A DNA stretch of 64,000 bases from Nitrospirota bacterium (GTDB lineage: Bacteria > Nitrospirota > Thermodesulfovibrionia > Thermodesulfovibrionales > JdFR-86). The DNA lies in NCBI GenBank assembly GCA_963721805.1, contig CAVRJY010000002.1:64001-128000 (forward strand). Reading direction: 5' to 3'. The position numbers and the translations under genes were made by a program. Every line of letters starts with the position of its first letter. Within the stretch, counting starts at the first letter, position 1. The notes beneath the pieces were generated by a model. The model had not been told where the DNA came from. It saw nothing but the letters and a program-made list of their open reading frames with translations, and ran no database searches. Positions 1 to 9,917 of the stretch are shown here, piece by piece.

Positions 1-1292
1 AGTCCGAGCGAGTCATGCGCTGGTGGGCCGACGTATTCCCGATAGAGGCCGCGCCGGAGCCGGACCCCAAGCACACCGACAAGGTCATGCTGCGGCGAGA
101 CCGCCTCTCGCGGATATTCTTCCTCGGGAAGTTCTTCCCGTACCCGATCCGGCTGACTCTGGACGTGATGCGCAAGCTGGGCGCGCTTCGTGCATTTAAG
201 ATATGCCTGAGCTACCTCATGGTCCGCCTCAGGCCGATCAGGCCCGAGCGGTCGCTCGAGGACTTCTTCATCAACCGCTTCGGACGCGAGCTGTACCTCA
301 CGTTTTTTAAGGGCTACACCGAGAAGGTCTGGGGCGCGCCGTGCGCCGAGATCTCGCCCGAGTGGGGCGCTCAGAGGATCAAGGGCCTCTCGGTAGGGCG
401 GGCGGTCAGCCACGCGATAAGGCAGTCGCTTGGGGGTGGGCAGCCGGCCGTTGAGACGAGCCTGATCGAGAATTTTTTGTACCCCAAGCTCGGGCCGGGC
501 CAGCTCTGGGAGGAGGTCGCGGCGCGGGTGCAGCAGCGCGGGGGCAAGGTGATAACGGGCGCGGAGGTGGTGGGCGTCGAGACCTCGGGCAGGCGCGTGA
601 CTGCTGTCACGGCCAAAGACCGGCAGACGGGCGGGCTTCAGCGCCATGAGGCGGACTGGTTCTTCTCGACCATGCCGGTGCGCGAACTTGTCGCGGCGAT
701 GGGCGAGGCGGTGCCGCAAGATGTGAGGGACGCGGCTGCGGGCCTGCAATACCGCGATTTCATGACCGTGGGGCTGCTGCTTAAAAAGCTCAAGACTCCG
801 GTGCCGGACAACTGGATATACGTCCAGGAGCGCGGGGTCAGGATCGGGAGGCTACAGGTCTTCAATAACTGGAGCCCGTGGCTCGTAGCCGACCCGGAAG
901 GCACGGTATGGCTGGGGCTTGAGTACTTCTGCACCGAGGGGGACGGGATGTGGTCGATGCCTGACGACGAGTTCGCGCGGTTCGCGATAGGCGAGCTTGC
1001 CTCGATCGGGCTGATCGATCCAGCCGACGTCCTCGACCATAAGGTGCTTCGCGTGCCCAAGGCATATCCGGCATACATCGGCGGGTACGATAGATTCGGC
1101 GTGGTCAGGCGATACCTCGACGGACTCGAAAACCTCTTCCTGATCGGCCGAAACGGGATGCACCGGTATAACAATATGGACCACTCGATGCTGACCGCGA
1201 TGGCCGCGGTCGAAAACATCATCGCTGGGCGCACTGACAAGACCAATATATGGGCGATCAACGCTGAGGACGACTATCACGAGGGTTCATGA
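1..1292 (+). CDS. NAD(P)/FAD-dependent oxidoreductase (protoporphyrinogen oxidase / UDP-galactopyranose mutase-like), 5'-truncated by window
   Basis: Motifs FFKGYTEKVWG, FLYPKLGPGQLW, GRNGMHRYNNMDHSMLTAM typical of this polysaccharide-locus flavoprotein family; frame is open from the window start. Confidence 0.8.
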   Translation, partial: SERVMRWWADVFPIEAAPEPDPKHTDKVMLRRDRLSRIFFLGKFFPYPIRLTLDVMRKLGALRAFKICLSYLMVRLRPIRPERSLEDFFINRFGRELYLTFFKGYTEKVWGAPCAEISPEWGAQRIKGLSVGRAVSHAIRQSLGGGQPAVETSLIENFLYPKLGPGQLWEEVAARVQQRGGKVITGAEVVGVETSGRRVTAVTAKDRQTGGLQRHEADWFFSTMPVRELVAAMGEAVPQDVRDAAAGLQYRDFMTVGLLLKKLKTPVPDNWIYVQERGVRIGRLQVFNNWSPWLVADPEGTVWLGLEYFCTEGDGMWSMPDDEFARFAIGELASIGLIDPADVLDHKVLRVPKAYPAYIGGYDRFGVVRRYLDGLENLFLIGRNGMHRYNNMDHSMLTAMAAVENIIAGRTDKTNIWAINAEDDYHEGS

Positions 1293-1461
1293 AAGCGCTC
1301 CAAATCGCTTGATACTGCGTCACGCCTCGCAGCCCGATCCTCAACGTATGTCCATATACGCCTCCGGTCGGTCTGCTCGCCGCTCCTTGTCTGAAGACGA
1401 TTTGGGCGCGCTTTCGGGGGAGAGAATAACGTAGCCCCCCGCGCCCCACGAGGTCAACGGC
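1288..1461 (+). repeat. Palindromic RPE/MITE-like repeat, copy R1
   Basis: AAAGCGCTCCAAATCGCTTGATAC...GATTTGGGCGCGCTTTCGGGGG...GGTCAACGGC; close reverse-complement match to 24727-24905. Confidence 0.85.
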
Positions 1462-1524
1462 TTATATTAAGAGCATCATGACCGTTGCCCCTGCCGCACA
1501 TGGAATGGAAGGGAATTCAGTCGA

Positions 1525-2085
1525 TTAATCCTCAGCTCTCCATGCGATAAGGTCTAAGTGTATTCGATGATTAAAACTGTATTCATTTTTTGCCATATCT
1601 GTTGCAACTGACTGATAATTATCGTTTGTTACCTTATTTATTGCAGTTATCGTAGTCCATTTAGTGTTCTTATTATGGGAATCTAATTTTTTACCAACAT
1701 AGCTATCTAAAGGGACTTCAAGGAACGGCATTAAATGGCTCAACTGATATTTTTCATATATGAATCGATTATAACAAGCGTTGCGCATAAATATATTTAA
1801 ACATTTTCGCGCTATACCCCAAAGCGCAGTCTTTTCCTTAGAGTGATCTATGATTAAATATAATTTGTCAACCAAATTCTTTGTATGCTCGTCTATTATG
1901 TTTGAGTAATCCGCTTCATTCATAATCAACCTGAATTGATTGAAATCCATTCCGCCCAGATATTCTCTAACGCATTTACCAGTCCCCGTTGGATATCCCC
2001 TTACTGTACTAACCCCTATGGAAACGTTTGCGAGATGTTTCGTTAATGCCTTATAAAAATCAAATACATTGGCCTTATCATTCAT
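1525..2085 (-). CDS. Hypothetical protein, AT-rich accessory gene (possible HhH/DNA-glycosylase-like fold)
   Basis: 186 aa ORF with GGAGG RBS; composition much more AT-rich than the flanks; WGIARKCLNIFMR...VPLDSYV motif. Confidence 0.7.
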   Translation of the reverse strand: MNDKANVFDFYKALTKHLANVSIGVSTVRGYPTGTGKCVREYLGGMDFNQFRLIMNEADYSNIIDEHTKNLVDKLYLIIDHSKEKTALWGIARKCLNIFMRNACYNRFIYEKYQLSHLMPFLEVPLDSYVGKKLDSHNKNTKWTTITAINKVTNDNYQSVATDMAKNEYSFNHRIHLDLIAWRAED

Positions 2086-2225
2086 GTTTCATAGCCTCCA
2101 CTCTGTGATTTAATATGAAACAATAAAACTGAGAGAGTTAAATGGCACCAGCCAGTTCTCATCCCGATGTGCATCATGCTCCAAAGATACCACAACCGCT
2201 CGGAGTATACCAAACATTTTTCCGA

Positions 2226-2560
2226 GGGCTGCCGACGTTCATTAACCATAGTTAATCGAAAGTTAGTAGAAAACGCACGGGCATCAATTTTTCCTATCAA
2301 CTTAGGTTTATATATAAACCGTAGGATATCGCTTTTTTCATTTCTTTGTGATTTAATACGGGATGATGCTTAGATGGGTATTTTTGAGGTCGCGGAAAGC
2401 GAAGTTGGACGCCGATGGAGCGGTGGAAAACGTTTCTGAACGCATGAACATGGGAGTGGTCAAATTATCGATGAAATCCGCTGGCTTGGACTGTTTTTTC
2501 TCTGTTCATTTGAACGCTCAAAAAAAATGCGCGTACGCGCGCGGTAAGTATGTATATAAC
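2226..2560 (-). repeat. Origin-like non-coding module, copy A
   Basis: Reverse-complement homology to 20897-21232, including the perfect palindrome GGTTTATATATAAACC (2305-2320) and a CG-run/TATA motif. Confidence 0.7.
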
Positions 2561-2587
2561 TAAGGTGACGAGCGCAGGTCTAATTAA

Positions 2588-2762
2588 GCCGTTGACCACG
2601 AGGCGCGGAGGCAGCGGCTGGGCCGCGCACTTCGCAAAGCGCGATAAATCGCGTCAGGCTAGGAACGGCGAGGAAAACGTCCGCAAGTGTACTGAGACGT
2701 ACTCTGGAGGACGGATTTCCGAAGCCGTGACAACGTATCACGCGACTTTAGCGCGCTTTCAA
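2588..2762 (-). repeat. Palindromic RPE/MITE-like repeat, copy R2
   Basis: Reverse complement shares GTGATACGTTGTCACGGCTTCG...GAGTACGTCTCAGTACAC...CTCGCCGTTCCTAG with 20703-20876. Confidence 0.85.
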
Positions 2763-2809
2763 GAGGGCAAAGTTTGCAGCAGCTTTAGCCAAGAAGGTAT
2801 AATGCGTTG

Positions 2810-3937
2810 ATGAAGAAAGCGCTGATAACGGGCATCACCGGCCAGGACGGTTCCTATCTGGCCGAGCTGCTTCTGGAGAAGGACTACGAAGTCCACGGCA
2901 TGGTCCGCCGCTCCAGCATGTTCAACCGCGGCCGCATCGACCACATATACGTCGACCCGCACGCTAAGGGCGCGCACCTCTTCCTGCACTACAGCGACCT
3001 CGCGGACGCCGGCAACATCACGAGCCTGATCTACAACGTCGCGCCTGACGAGATATACCACCTCGGCGCGCAGAGCCACGTCCGCGTGAGCTTCGACGTC
3101 CCTGAGTACACGGGCGACGTGACCGGTCTCGGGACCACGCGCATACTCGACGCGATGCACAGGAGCGGCTCGAAGGCGCGGTTCTATCAGGCCTCGTCAA
3201 GCGAGATGTTCGGCGCCACACAGCCACCTCAGAACGAGAGTTCGCCGTTTTATCCGCGCAGCCCCTATGCGGCCGCGAAGGTCTACGCCTACTGGATGAC
3301 CGTCAACTACCGCGAGGCCTACGGGATGTATGCCTGTAACGGGATACTGTTTAACCACGAGAGCCCGCGCCGGGGCGAGAACTTCATCACGCGCAAGATC
3401 ACGCTCTCGCTCGCGAACATACTGGCCGGCCGCGCGGAGAAGCTCTACCTCGGCAACCTCGAGGCCCGGCGCGACTGGGGCTTCGCCCCGGAGTACGTCG
3501 AGTGCCAGTGGCGCATCCTGCAGCAGGACCGCCCGGCGGATTACGTTATCGGCACAGGCGAGAGCCACTCGGTCCGCGAGTTCCTGCTCGAGGCATTCGA
3601 GTACGCGGGGATAGGGCTTGAGCTTAAGGGCACGGGCGCGGGCATCAAGGGCGTCATAAGCTCGGTGCGCGGCGACTGCCCGCTCAAGCCCGGACACGTC
3701 GTGCTCGAGATAGACCCGAAGTTCTTCCGCCCGACCGAGGTCGACTACCTGCTTGCGGACATAACGCGTTCGCGCGAGGTTTTAGGATGGGAGCCGAAGG
3801 TCACGTTTAAGGAACTCGTGCGGATCATGGTGGACGCGGACCTCATCGGCCACGGGCTCGCTGCCCCCGGCGACGGCCAGCGCGTACTGAAGGAAAAGGG
3901 CCTCACCTGGTTTAAGGCCGACTCGACCTCCCGCTGA
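2810..3937 (+). CDS. gmd: GDP-mannose 4,6-dehydratase
   Basis: [47 protein letters not shown]. Confidence 0.97.
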   Translation: MKKALITGITGQDGSYLAELLLEKDYEVHGMVRRSSMFNRGRIDHIYVDPHAKGAHLFLHYSDLADAGNITSLIYNVAPDEIYHLGAQSHVRVSFDVPEYTGDVTGLGTTRILDAMHRSGSKARFYQASSSEMFGATQPPQNESSPFYPRSPYAAAKVYAYWMTVNYREAYGMYACNGILFNHESPRRGENFITRKITLSLANILAGRAEKLYLGNLEARRDWGFAPEYVECQWRILQQDRPADYVIGTGESHSVREFLLEAFEYAGIGLELKGTGAGIKGVISSVRGDCPLKPGHVVLEIDPKFFRPTEVDYLLADITRSREVLGWEPKVTFKELVRIMVDADLIGHGLAAPGDGQRVLKEKGLTWFKADSTSR

Positions 3938-3964
3938 CAGGCGCGGCCTGCCTCTCTTCTCTGA

Positions 3965-5059
3965 CTATCTGCCGAGTGGTATATGGATATGAAACGCGGT
4001 GCCCTTGCCGGGGTCGCTCTCCAGCGTGATATACCCCCGGTTGCGCTTGATGATGCGGTAGGTCATCGCGAGGCCGAGCCCCGTGCCCTCGCCCGGCGGC
4101 TTGGTTGTGTAGAACGGCTGGTAGACGTGCTCCATCGCATCCTGCGGGATGCCGCAGCCGGTGTCCGCGACGGTCACTATCGCATAGCGGCCGGGCGCGA
4201 TGAACTCGTTCGGCGCGGATGGGCGCTCCGGGATGTCCGCTGCACGGGTCGTGATCGTGAGGCGGCCCCCGTCGGGCATCGCGTCGCGGGCGTTTATGAT
4301 CAGGTTTATCAGCGCCTGCTCGATCTGTCCGGCAGAGCCCTCGACGTGAGGCAGGGATTGGTCGAGGTCGAGCCTGACCTCTATCGAGCTTGGTATGAGC
4401 CGGGAGGCCATCTGCATCGTCTCGCCCACGACCGCGTTGAGATCAACCGGCAGGCCCTCGACGTACTCCGAGCGCGCGAAGTCCAGAAGCTGCCCCACGG
4501 CCTCGGCGGCCTTGTCCGACGAGCGCTCGATGATGCGCGCATACTGCACGATCTCGGGGGTGGCGGCGGCGTGGGTGCTGATGAGTTCGGAGTACGAGCT
4601 GATGGAGGTTAGCACGTTTTTGAAGTAGTGCGTGATGCCGCCGGCGAGCATGCCGATGGCCTCCATCTTCTGGGAGTGCATGAGCTGCTTTTCGTGCTCG
4701 ACCTTCGAGGTCTCGTCCGTGACGACCATGAGCACCACGCTCGGGCTCGCATCGGCGCGCTCGCGTATGGGGTAGGCCTTGACGCCGAGCGTCCGCCTGC
4801 CGGTGTCGAGCGTGTGCGAGGCGGCCTCGCCCAGATTTAGCGCGGCCAGCACTGGGCACTTGCCCGGCTCATCGGAGCATGGGGCATCGCGCCCCATCAG
4901 CGCCCTGTGGCAGGCCATCCCGGCGATCGCGGCCTGGCCGATGCCGCTTAAGCGCGCGAAGGCGCGGTTGGCGTGCAGGATGCGGCGCTGGGGGCTTACC
5001 AGCGCGACCCCCTCCTCGACCTCGTCGAGCAGTGCACCTATGACGCTGTCCATCGGCAT
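3965..5059 (-). CDS. PAS-domain sensor histidine kinase
   Basis: N-terminal PAS; SQKMEAIGMLAGGITHYFKN H-box; NARDAM, DTGCG, FYTTK..GTGLGL. Confidence 0.9.
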   Translation of the reverse strand: MPMDSVIGALLDEVEEGVALVSPQRRILHANRAFARLSGIGQAAIAGMACHRALMGRDAPCSDEPGKCPVLAALNLGEAASHTLDTGRRTLGVKAYPIRERADASPSVVLMVVTDETSKVEHEKQLMHSQKMEAIGMLAGGITHYFKNVLTSISSYSELISTHAAATPEIVQYARIIERSSDKAAEAVGQLLDFARSEYVEGLPVDLNAVVGETMQMASRLIPSSIEVRLDLDQSLPHVEGSAGQIEQALINLIINARDAMPDGGRLTITTRAADIPERPSAPNEFIAPGRYAIVTVADTGCGIPQDAMEHVYQPFYTTKPPGEGTGLGLAMTYRIIKRNRGYITLESDPGKGTAFHIHIPLGR

Positions 5060-5081
5060 TATCTACTATACACGGAGGCGG

Positions 5082-5837
5082 CTATTTCTGCTCCAGCAGC
5101 CTGCGGCGCATCTTGTGCACCGCGATGGGGACGAGCGCGGACGTTACGGCCACGAGCCAGAGCATGTCGGCCCACGGCAGCTCGCCCCAGGCGGTGCCGC
5201 GCATCACGTTGACCATGTGGTACAGCGGGGTGAAGAACGCAACACCCCTGACGGCATCGGGCATCTGGTCCAGCGGGAAGAATATCCCGGAGAACAGGAA
5301 CATCGGCGTCATGAAGAGCGTGAAGTAGTAGTTGAAGTAGTAGATCACCGGGATGATCGAGGCGTAGATTATGCCGAGGGCCGCGAACAGCAGGCCGCTT
5401 ACGAGCAGCATCGGTATGCTCACCAGTATCATCGGCGAGTGCACGAGCCCGAACATCACGAGCACGAGGATGATGATGATGCCGTAGAGCACGCTCTTGC
5501 TCGCGCCCCAGAGCATCTCGCCGAGCACCAGCTCGGTGGCCGAGACCGGGGTGGCGAGTATCGCGTCGAACGTGTGCTGGTGGACCATGCGGATGTAGGT
5601 GTTGTACGTGCATTCGAACGTCGCGGCGAACATCGCCGAGGACGCCACGATGCCCGGCGCGATGAACTGCACGTAGCTCATCCCGTGTATCGGCTCGACG
5701 AACCCGCCGAGCCCCATGCCCATCCCGAGGAGGTAGAGCATCGGCTCGATAAAGTTTAGCGCGATGCTCGACTGGTAGAGCTTAGTAAATACGGTGTAGT
5801 TGCGCTGCCATACCCGAAACGCCCGCCGGAGCACCAT
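5082..5837 (-). CDS. ABC-2 exporter permease (NodJ-like)
   Basis: VWQRNY, EPMLYLLGMGMGLG, PMFLFSGIFFP; multiple TM segments. Confidence 0.88.
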   Translation of the reverse strand: MVLRRAFRVWQRNYTVFTKLYQSSIALNFIEPMLYLLGMGMGLGGFVEPIHGMSYVQFIAPGIVASSAMFAATFECTYNTYIRMVHQHTFDAILATPVSATELVLGEMLWGASKSVLYGIIIILVLVMFGLVHSPMILVSIPMLLVSGLLFAALGIIYASIIPVIYYFNYYFTLFMTPMFLFSGIFFPLDQMPDAVRGVAFFTPLYHMVNVMRGTAWGELPWADMLWLVAVTSALVPIAVHKMRRRLLEQK

Positions 5838-5839
5838 GC

Positions 5840-6598
5840 CTAGCCCTCCGCCTCGTGCGGGTTGATCAGGGGGCGGCCGGTTATCGCCATGTACAGCTCT
5901 TCGAGGTTCGTCACGCCGTGGGCCTTGATCAGCTCTTGCGGGGTGCCGGTGTCGATGACATGGCCGAGGTCTATGACCGCCACGCGGTCGCATAGCCGCT
6001 CGGCCTCCTCCATGTAGTGCGTCGTGATCAGGATGGTCGAGCCCCCGGCCTTCAGGCGCTCGATGTTGTCCCAGACTTCGTGGCGGCTGCGGGGGTCGAA
6101 CCCGGTAGTCGGCTCGTCGAGCACCATGACCTCGGGTTCGTTTATGAGCGCGCGAGCGAGGATGAGCTTGCGCTTCATGCCGCCCGACAGGGCCTCGATG
6201 TTCACCGAGGCCTTATCCGCGATGCCGAAGAACTTGAGCAGCTCGGCTGCACGCGGCACCGAGACCGACTTCGGGATGTCGAAGTACCTCGCATAGACCA
6301 CGAGGTTCTCTAACACCGTGAGGTCCGGGTCGAGGCTGTCTTCCTGCGGGGCCACGCCGAGGCGGGCCTTGATCTCTGACGGCTTTGCGGTGACGTCCAT
6401 CCCGAAGACCTTCACGCTGCCCGCGCTCGGCGGATAGAAGCAGGTGAGGATCTTCATCGTGGTAGTCTTGCCCGCACCGTTGGGGCCGAGGAAGCCGAAG
6501 CACTCGCCCTTCTTGATAGAAAAAGATATTCCGTCCAGCGCGCAGAGCTTGCCGTAGTATTTAGTCAGGCCTGAGACCTCTATGATTGAGTCAGTCAT
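5840..6598 (-). CDS. ABC exporter ATP-binding protein (NodI-like)
   Basis: GPNGAGKTT, LSGGMKR, LDEPTTG, TTHYMEEA. Confidence 0.93.
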   Translation of the reverse strand: MTDSIIEVSGLTKYYGKLCALDGISFSIKKGECFGFLGPNGAGKTTTMKILTCFYPPSAGSVKVFGMDVTAKPSEIKARLGVAPQEDSLDPDLTVLENLVVYARYFDIPKSVSVPRAAELLKFFGIADKASVNIEALSGGMKRKLILARALINEPEVMVLDEPTTGFDPRSRHEVWDNIERLKAGGSTILITTHYMEEAERLCDRVAVIDLGHVIDTGTPQELIKAHGVTNLEELYMAITGRPLINPHEAEG

Positions 6599-6628
6599 AG
6601 CTCAAATTATAGCAGAGGCACCGGAACC

Positions 6629-8008
6629 TTATGCGACTAATGGCAGGGTAATCGTGACGATCAGGCCGCCGCCCCCGGCATTTGAGGCCGCGACGGTGCC
6701 GTGATGGAAGGCTACCGCGCGCTCGGTGATCGAGAGCCCAAGCCCCGCGCCGCCGCTTCGGCGGTCGCGGGAGTATGATGCGCGGTAAAACGGACGGAAG
6801 ATGTTGGTGAGGTCAGCCTCGGGTATGCCGTGGCCGTGGTCGCGCACCGTGATCTCGGCGCATGGCGCAGGCGCTCCTGTTATGCGTCGAAGCGTGATGT
6901 CTACCGTAGTGTCCTCGCCGGTATGCCGGATAGCGTTTCTGACGACGTTTTCTATCGCGCGCCGAAGCAGCTCCTCGTTGCCATTGACTACGCACCCGGC
7001 GCACTCAATGACGCGCACGCCACGATTTCCCTGCGTCTCGAATTGTGCGTCCTTTGCGATCTCGCCGACGAGCCGCGCGAGATCCACCGGCCCTGTCTGA
7101 AGCGTCCGCACCCCGTTATCGAGGCTCGTGAGCGTAAGCACCTGGCCGATCATGTCCCCAAGCCTTGCCGATTCGAGCTCGATCCTGTCGAGTTCCCTGC
7201 GCGCCTCCTCGCCGGTCTTCTTCCGTGCGAGTTCCAGCGCCACGTTTAGGCGCGCCAGCGGAGAGCGCAGCTCGTGCGATATGTCGCCAAGCAGCTGTAT
7301 GTGCAGCCGCATAAGCGTTTCGAGGCGCTCGGCCATCTTATCGAAATCCCCGGCCAGATCCGATATCTCGTCGTTCCTCGGGGCAAGCGCTGGCCCGATC
7401 CGCGCCTTAAGGTCTCCGGCCGAGAATCTCTGCGTGGCCTCGCTGAGCTTTATGATCGGCGAGGTGATATACCGCGCAAGGATATAACAGCACGGGAGCC
7501 CAAGGACGATGATTACCGCTATCAGGCGCAGAAACAGCATAAACGGCTCTTTCGGGCCGGGCCTGAAAGGGTCGGGGGGCAGCACTCCTATCACGTTGTA
7601 CTGCCTGCCGTCGGCCCCCTTTATTGCCAGCGCCATGACATCTTTGCCATCGCGTGGCGGCGGGCCATCCTCTGGCTGCGGCCTGATCCTTATCGCGTCA
7701 GGCGGCAATTGCCGACCGCTTATCTCAACTCCGGACTCGTCCACGATGTATGCCTTTATGTCGTAGTCGTCCTCAAGGTGCTTCGTAAGTGCCGCGAGCG
7801 AGGCGGTGTCTCCGTGCAGGTATCGATCCAGTCCCGCCTGCCCGTAGATGTTAAGGGCGACGTTAAAGGGGTGCTGATGGTGGCCGGGCTGCGGCCATTT
7901 GTTTGTCAGCCTGTCGATCAGTAACTGCGCGGTGACCACTACAGCTATCGCCAACAGAAACCATAGGTAGATCTTGATGAATATGCGGGCGCTGGCGGGC
8001 TTAGGCAT
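6629..8008 (-). CDS. HAMP sensor histidine kinase (CpxA-like)
   Basis: Two TM segments, HAMP, DISHELRSPLARL, RRAIENVVRNAIR, GAGLGLSI. Confidence 0.88.
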   Translation of the reverse strand: MPKPASARIFIKIYLWFLLAIAVVVTAQLLIDRLTNKWPQPGHHQHPFNVALNIYGQAGLDRYLHGDTASLAALTKHLEDDYDIKAYIVDESGVEISGRQLPPDAIRIRPQPEDGPPPRDGKDVMALAIKGADGRQYNVIGVLPPDPFRPGPKEPFMLFLRLIAVIIVLGLPCCYILARYITSPIIKLSEATQRFSAGDLKARIGPALAPRNDEISDLAGDFDKMAERLETLMRLHIQLLGDISHELRSPLARLNVALELARKKTGEEARRELDRIELESARLGDMIGQVLTLTSLDNGVRTLQTGPVDLARLVGEIAKDAQFETQGNRGVRVIECAGCVVNGNEELLRRAIENVVRNAIRHTGEDTTVDITLRRITGAPAPCAEITVRDHGHGIPEADLTNIFRPFYRASYSRDRRSGGAGLGLSITERAVAFHHGTVAASNAGGGGLIVTITLPLVA

Positions 8009-8702
8009 CCGGGCTGTCCGTATAAATATATCCAGCGCTTCGTATGGTCTTGATGCGCTCGGCCCCTCCGGCCTTTTCTCCGAGCTTTTTCCTGAGCTTG
8101 CTGATATGCACGTCTATGCTGCGGTCGAAGGTCGAGAGGGGCCTGCCCAATACGGTCTTTGCCAGCTCCTTGCGCGAGACGAGCATGCCGGAGTTTCGGA
8201 GCAGGACTTCGAGCAGGCCGAACTCGACCGATGTGAGTTCCACGGGTTCGCCCTGGCGGAGCACGACGCGCATGCCGAGATCCATAGTCACATCGCCGAC
8301 CTCTATCTTTCTTTGCGCCCCGGCCTCTACCGGCTTCTCGGGCTTTGTGCGCCTGAGGATCGCCCGCAGCCGCGCGACCAGTTCTCTGGGACTGAAGGGC
8401 TTTGACAGGTAATCGTCGGCCCCCATCTCAAGGCCAACGACCCGGTCGGTCTCGTCACCGCGCGCAGTCAGCATCACTACGGGTGTGGAGATCCGGGTCC
8501 GGAGGCGGGTCAGCACCTCAAAACCGTTAAAGACCGGGAGCATGACGTCCAGTATTATGGCGTCATAGCTCCCCTCGATGGCGAGCGCGAGCCCCTGCCT
8601 GCCGTCATGGGCGGTATCAACCCTGAACCCCTCTCCCGAGAGGTGCTCCACGAGCAGTTCGCACAGCTCGGTGTCGTCGTCTATGACGAGCAGGCGTTTC
8701 AT
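8001..8702 (-). CDS. OmpR-family response regulator (CpxR-like)
   Basis: LLVIDDD, LDVMLP, LEMGADDYLSKPF, FDRSIDVHISKLRKKL. Confidence 0.92.
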   Translation of the reverse strand: MKRLLVIDDDTELCELLVEHLSGEGFRVDTAHDGRQGLALAIEGSYDAIILDVMLPVFNGFEVLTRLRTRISTPVVMLTARGDETDRVVGLEMGADDYLSKPFSPRELVARLRAILRRTKPEKPVEAGAQRKIEVGDVTMDLGMRVVLRQGEPVELTSVEFGLLEVLLRNSGMLVSRKELAKTVLGRPLSTFDRSIDVHISKLRKKLGEKAGGAERIKTIRSAGYIYTDSPDA

Positions 8703-8769
8703 GGTTTTGTCAGTCCAAATGACCTCAACATCGTTGATTTTACCCTATTTTTGGAGCGAGTCCGCGATA

Positions 8770-8784
8770 TTTACAAAACTTTAC
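8770..8784 (-). promoter_or_regulatory. CpxR-type box GTAAA-N5-GTAAA
   Basis: TTTAC-AAAAC-TTTAC on the plus strand, in the divergent gap between the regulator and the EF-hand gene. Confidence 0.65.
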
Positions 8785-8883
8785 AAAAGATTAATGTTTC
8801 TTAACGCGCAGGTTACATTCCTGCGCCGATAACAACAATTGAAGCGGTCAGCTTCGGACGGAAATTTTGGAAGGAGGACTCAA

Positions 8884-9813
8884 ATGTCAGTATCTTCAGT
8901 AGGAGGATCCAGCTCACAGTTCCTCAGCCAGCTGTTTAACAAGCTGGACACAAACAGCGACGGCAGCATCAGTACGGACGAACTCGGCAAAAGCGATCTC
9001 GCAAAGAAATCTGGTATGAGCTCAAGCGACTTAGTCACCCTTATGGACTCAAACGGTGACGGGAGCGTAAGCAAGGACGAGCTCGGCGCGGGAATGAAAA
9101 AGCTTCACGACCAGATGCAGTCACAAAAGATGTCGCAGATCTTCAGCGCCCTAGACTCAAGCGGCGACGGCTCAATCAGCCTGAGCGAGCTGAAGAGCGC
9201 GCTATCTTCAGCCACATCTGGCAGCTCTTCGAGTAACACGTCGAGCAGCTCTTCTAGCGACACATCGAGTAGCGATTCGACCGACGCGTCTAGCAGCACT
9301 TCAGGCGACGCCTCGAAACTGTTCAGCGCCCTGGATACAAATGGCGATGGCAGCATAAGCAAAAGCGAGTTTACGACCGCCATGCAAAACGCAGGCGGCC
9401 CCGGCGGCCCTCCCCCCGGCCCCCCTCCGTCGGACAGCGCCACCAGCGGCAACAGCAGCGACAACAGCATTTCGCTGAGTTCGCTTGTGGACGCCATCAA
9501 CTCGGCCAGCGGCAGCTCCAGCTCATCTTCCACAAGCTCAAGCTCGTCCTCAAGCACAAGCAGCAGTTCCTCGACCACCGACCCAAAGGACCTCAACGGA
9601 GACGGCACCGTAACCGCTGCCGAGGAGCTCAAGTACGACCTGCAGCACGGAACCGGCAACCTCTCGGCGGACGACGTGGCCAACGTCGTCATGAAGGCGA
9701 TAGAACAGTATGCGCAGACGAGCGCAAGCGGCAGCAGCTCGTCGGGGTCTGGCAGCACTAGCTCAACGGGCGGCGGCTCCACAGCGGGCGTAGGCACCAG
9801 CATCTATGCCTGA
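8884..9813 (+). CDS. Ser-rich multi-EF-hand Ca2+-binding protein
   Basis: AAGGAGG RBS; five DxxxDGxxxxxE loops (DTNSDGSISTDE, DSNGDGSVSKDE, DSSGDGSISLSE, DTNGDGSISKSE, DLNGDGTVTAAE); poly-Ser and GPPP linkers. Confidence 0.88.
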   Translation: MSVSSVGGSSSQFLSQLFNKLDTNSDGSISTDELGKSDLAKKSGMSSSDLVTLMDSNGDGSVSKDELGAGMKKLHDQMQSQKMSQIFSALDSSGDGSISLSELKSALSSATSGSSSSNTSSSSSSDTSSSDSTDASSSTSGDASKLFSALDTNGDGSISKSEFTTAMQNAGGPGGPPPGPPPSDSATSGNSSDNSISLSSLVDAINSASGSSSSSSTSSSSSSSTSSSSSTTDPKDLNGDGTVTAAEELKYDLQHGTGNLSADDVANVVMKAIEQYAQTSASGSSSSGSGSTSSTGGGSTAGVGTSIYA

Positions 9814-9854
9814 TAATGGCCGTATAGACTGACTCCACAGCTGACCGCCTCCTC

Positions 9855-9897
9855 ACTGCCCATGAGAGGACGCTACCCCCGTCCTTTCATGGGCAGT
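9855..9897. terminator. Hairpin between convergent genes (likely bidirectional terminator)
   Basis: ACTGCCCATGAGAGGACG...CGTCCTTTCATGGGCAGT. Confidence 0.6.
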
Positions 9898-9917
9898 CCC
9901 TCCCGCCGGACGCCGGT

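Noticed and set aside
9105..9803. Long antisense and alternative-frame ORFs here and throughout the window
   Set aside because: Shadow ORFs expected from high GC3 and low-complexity coding sequence.
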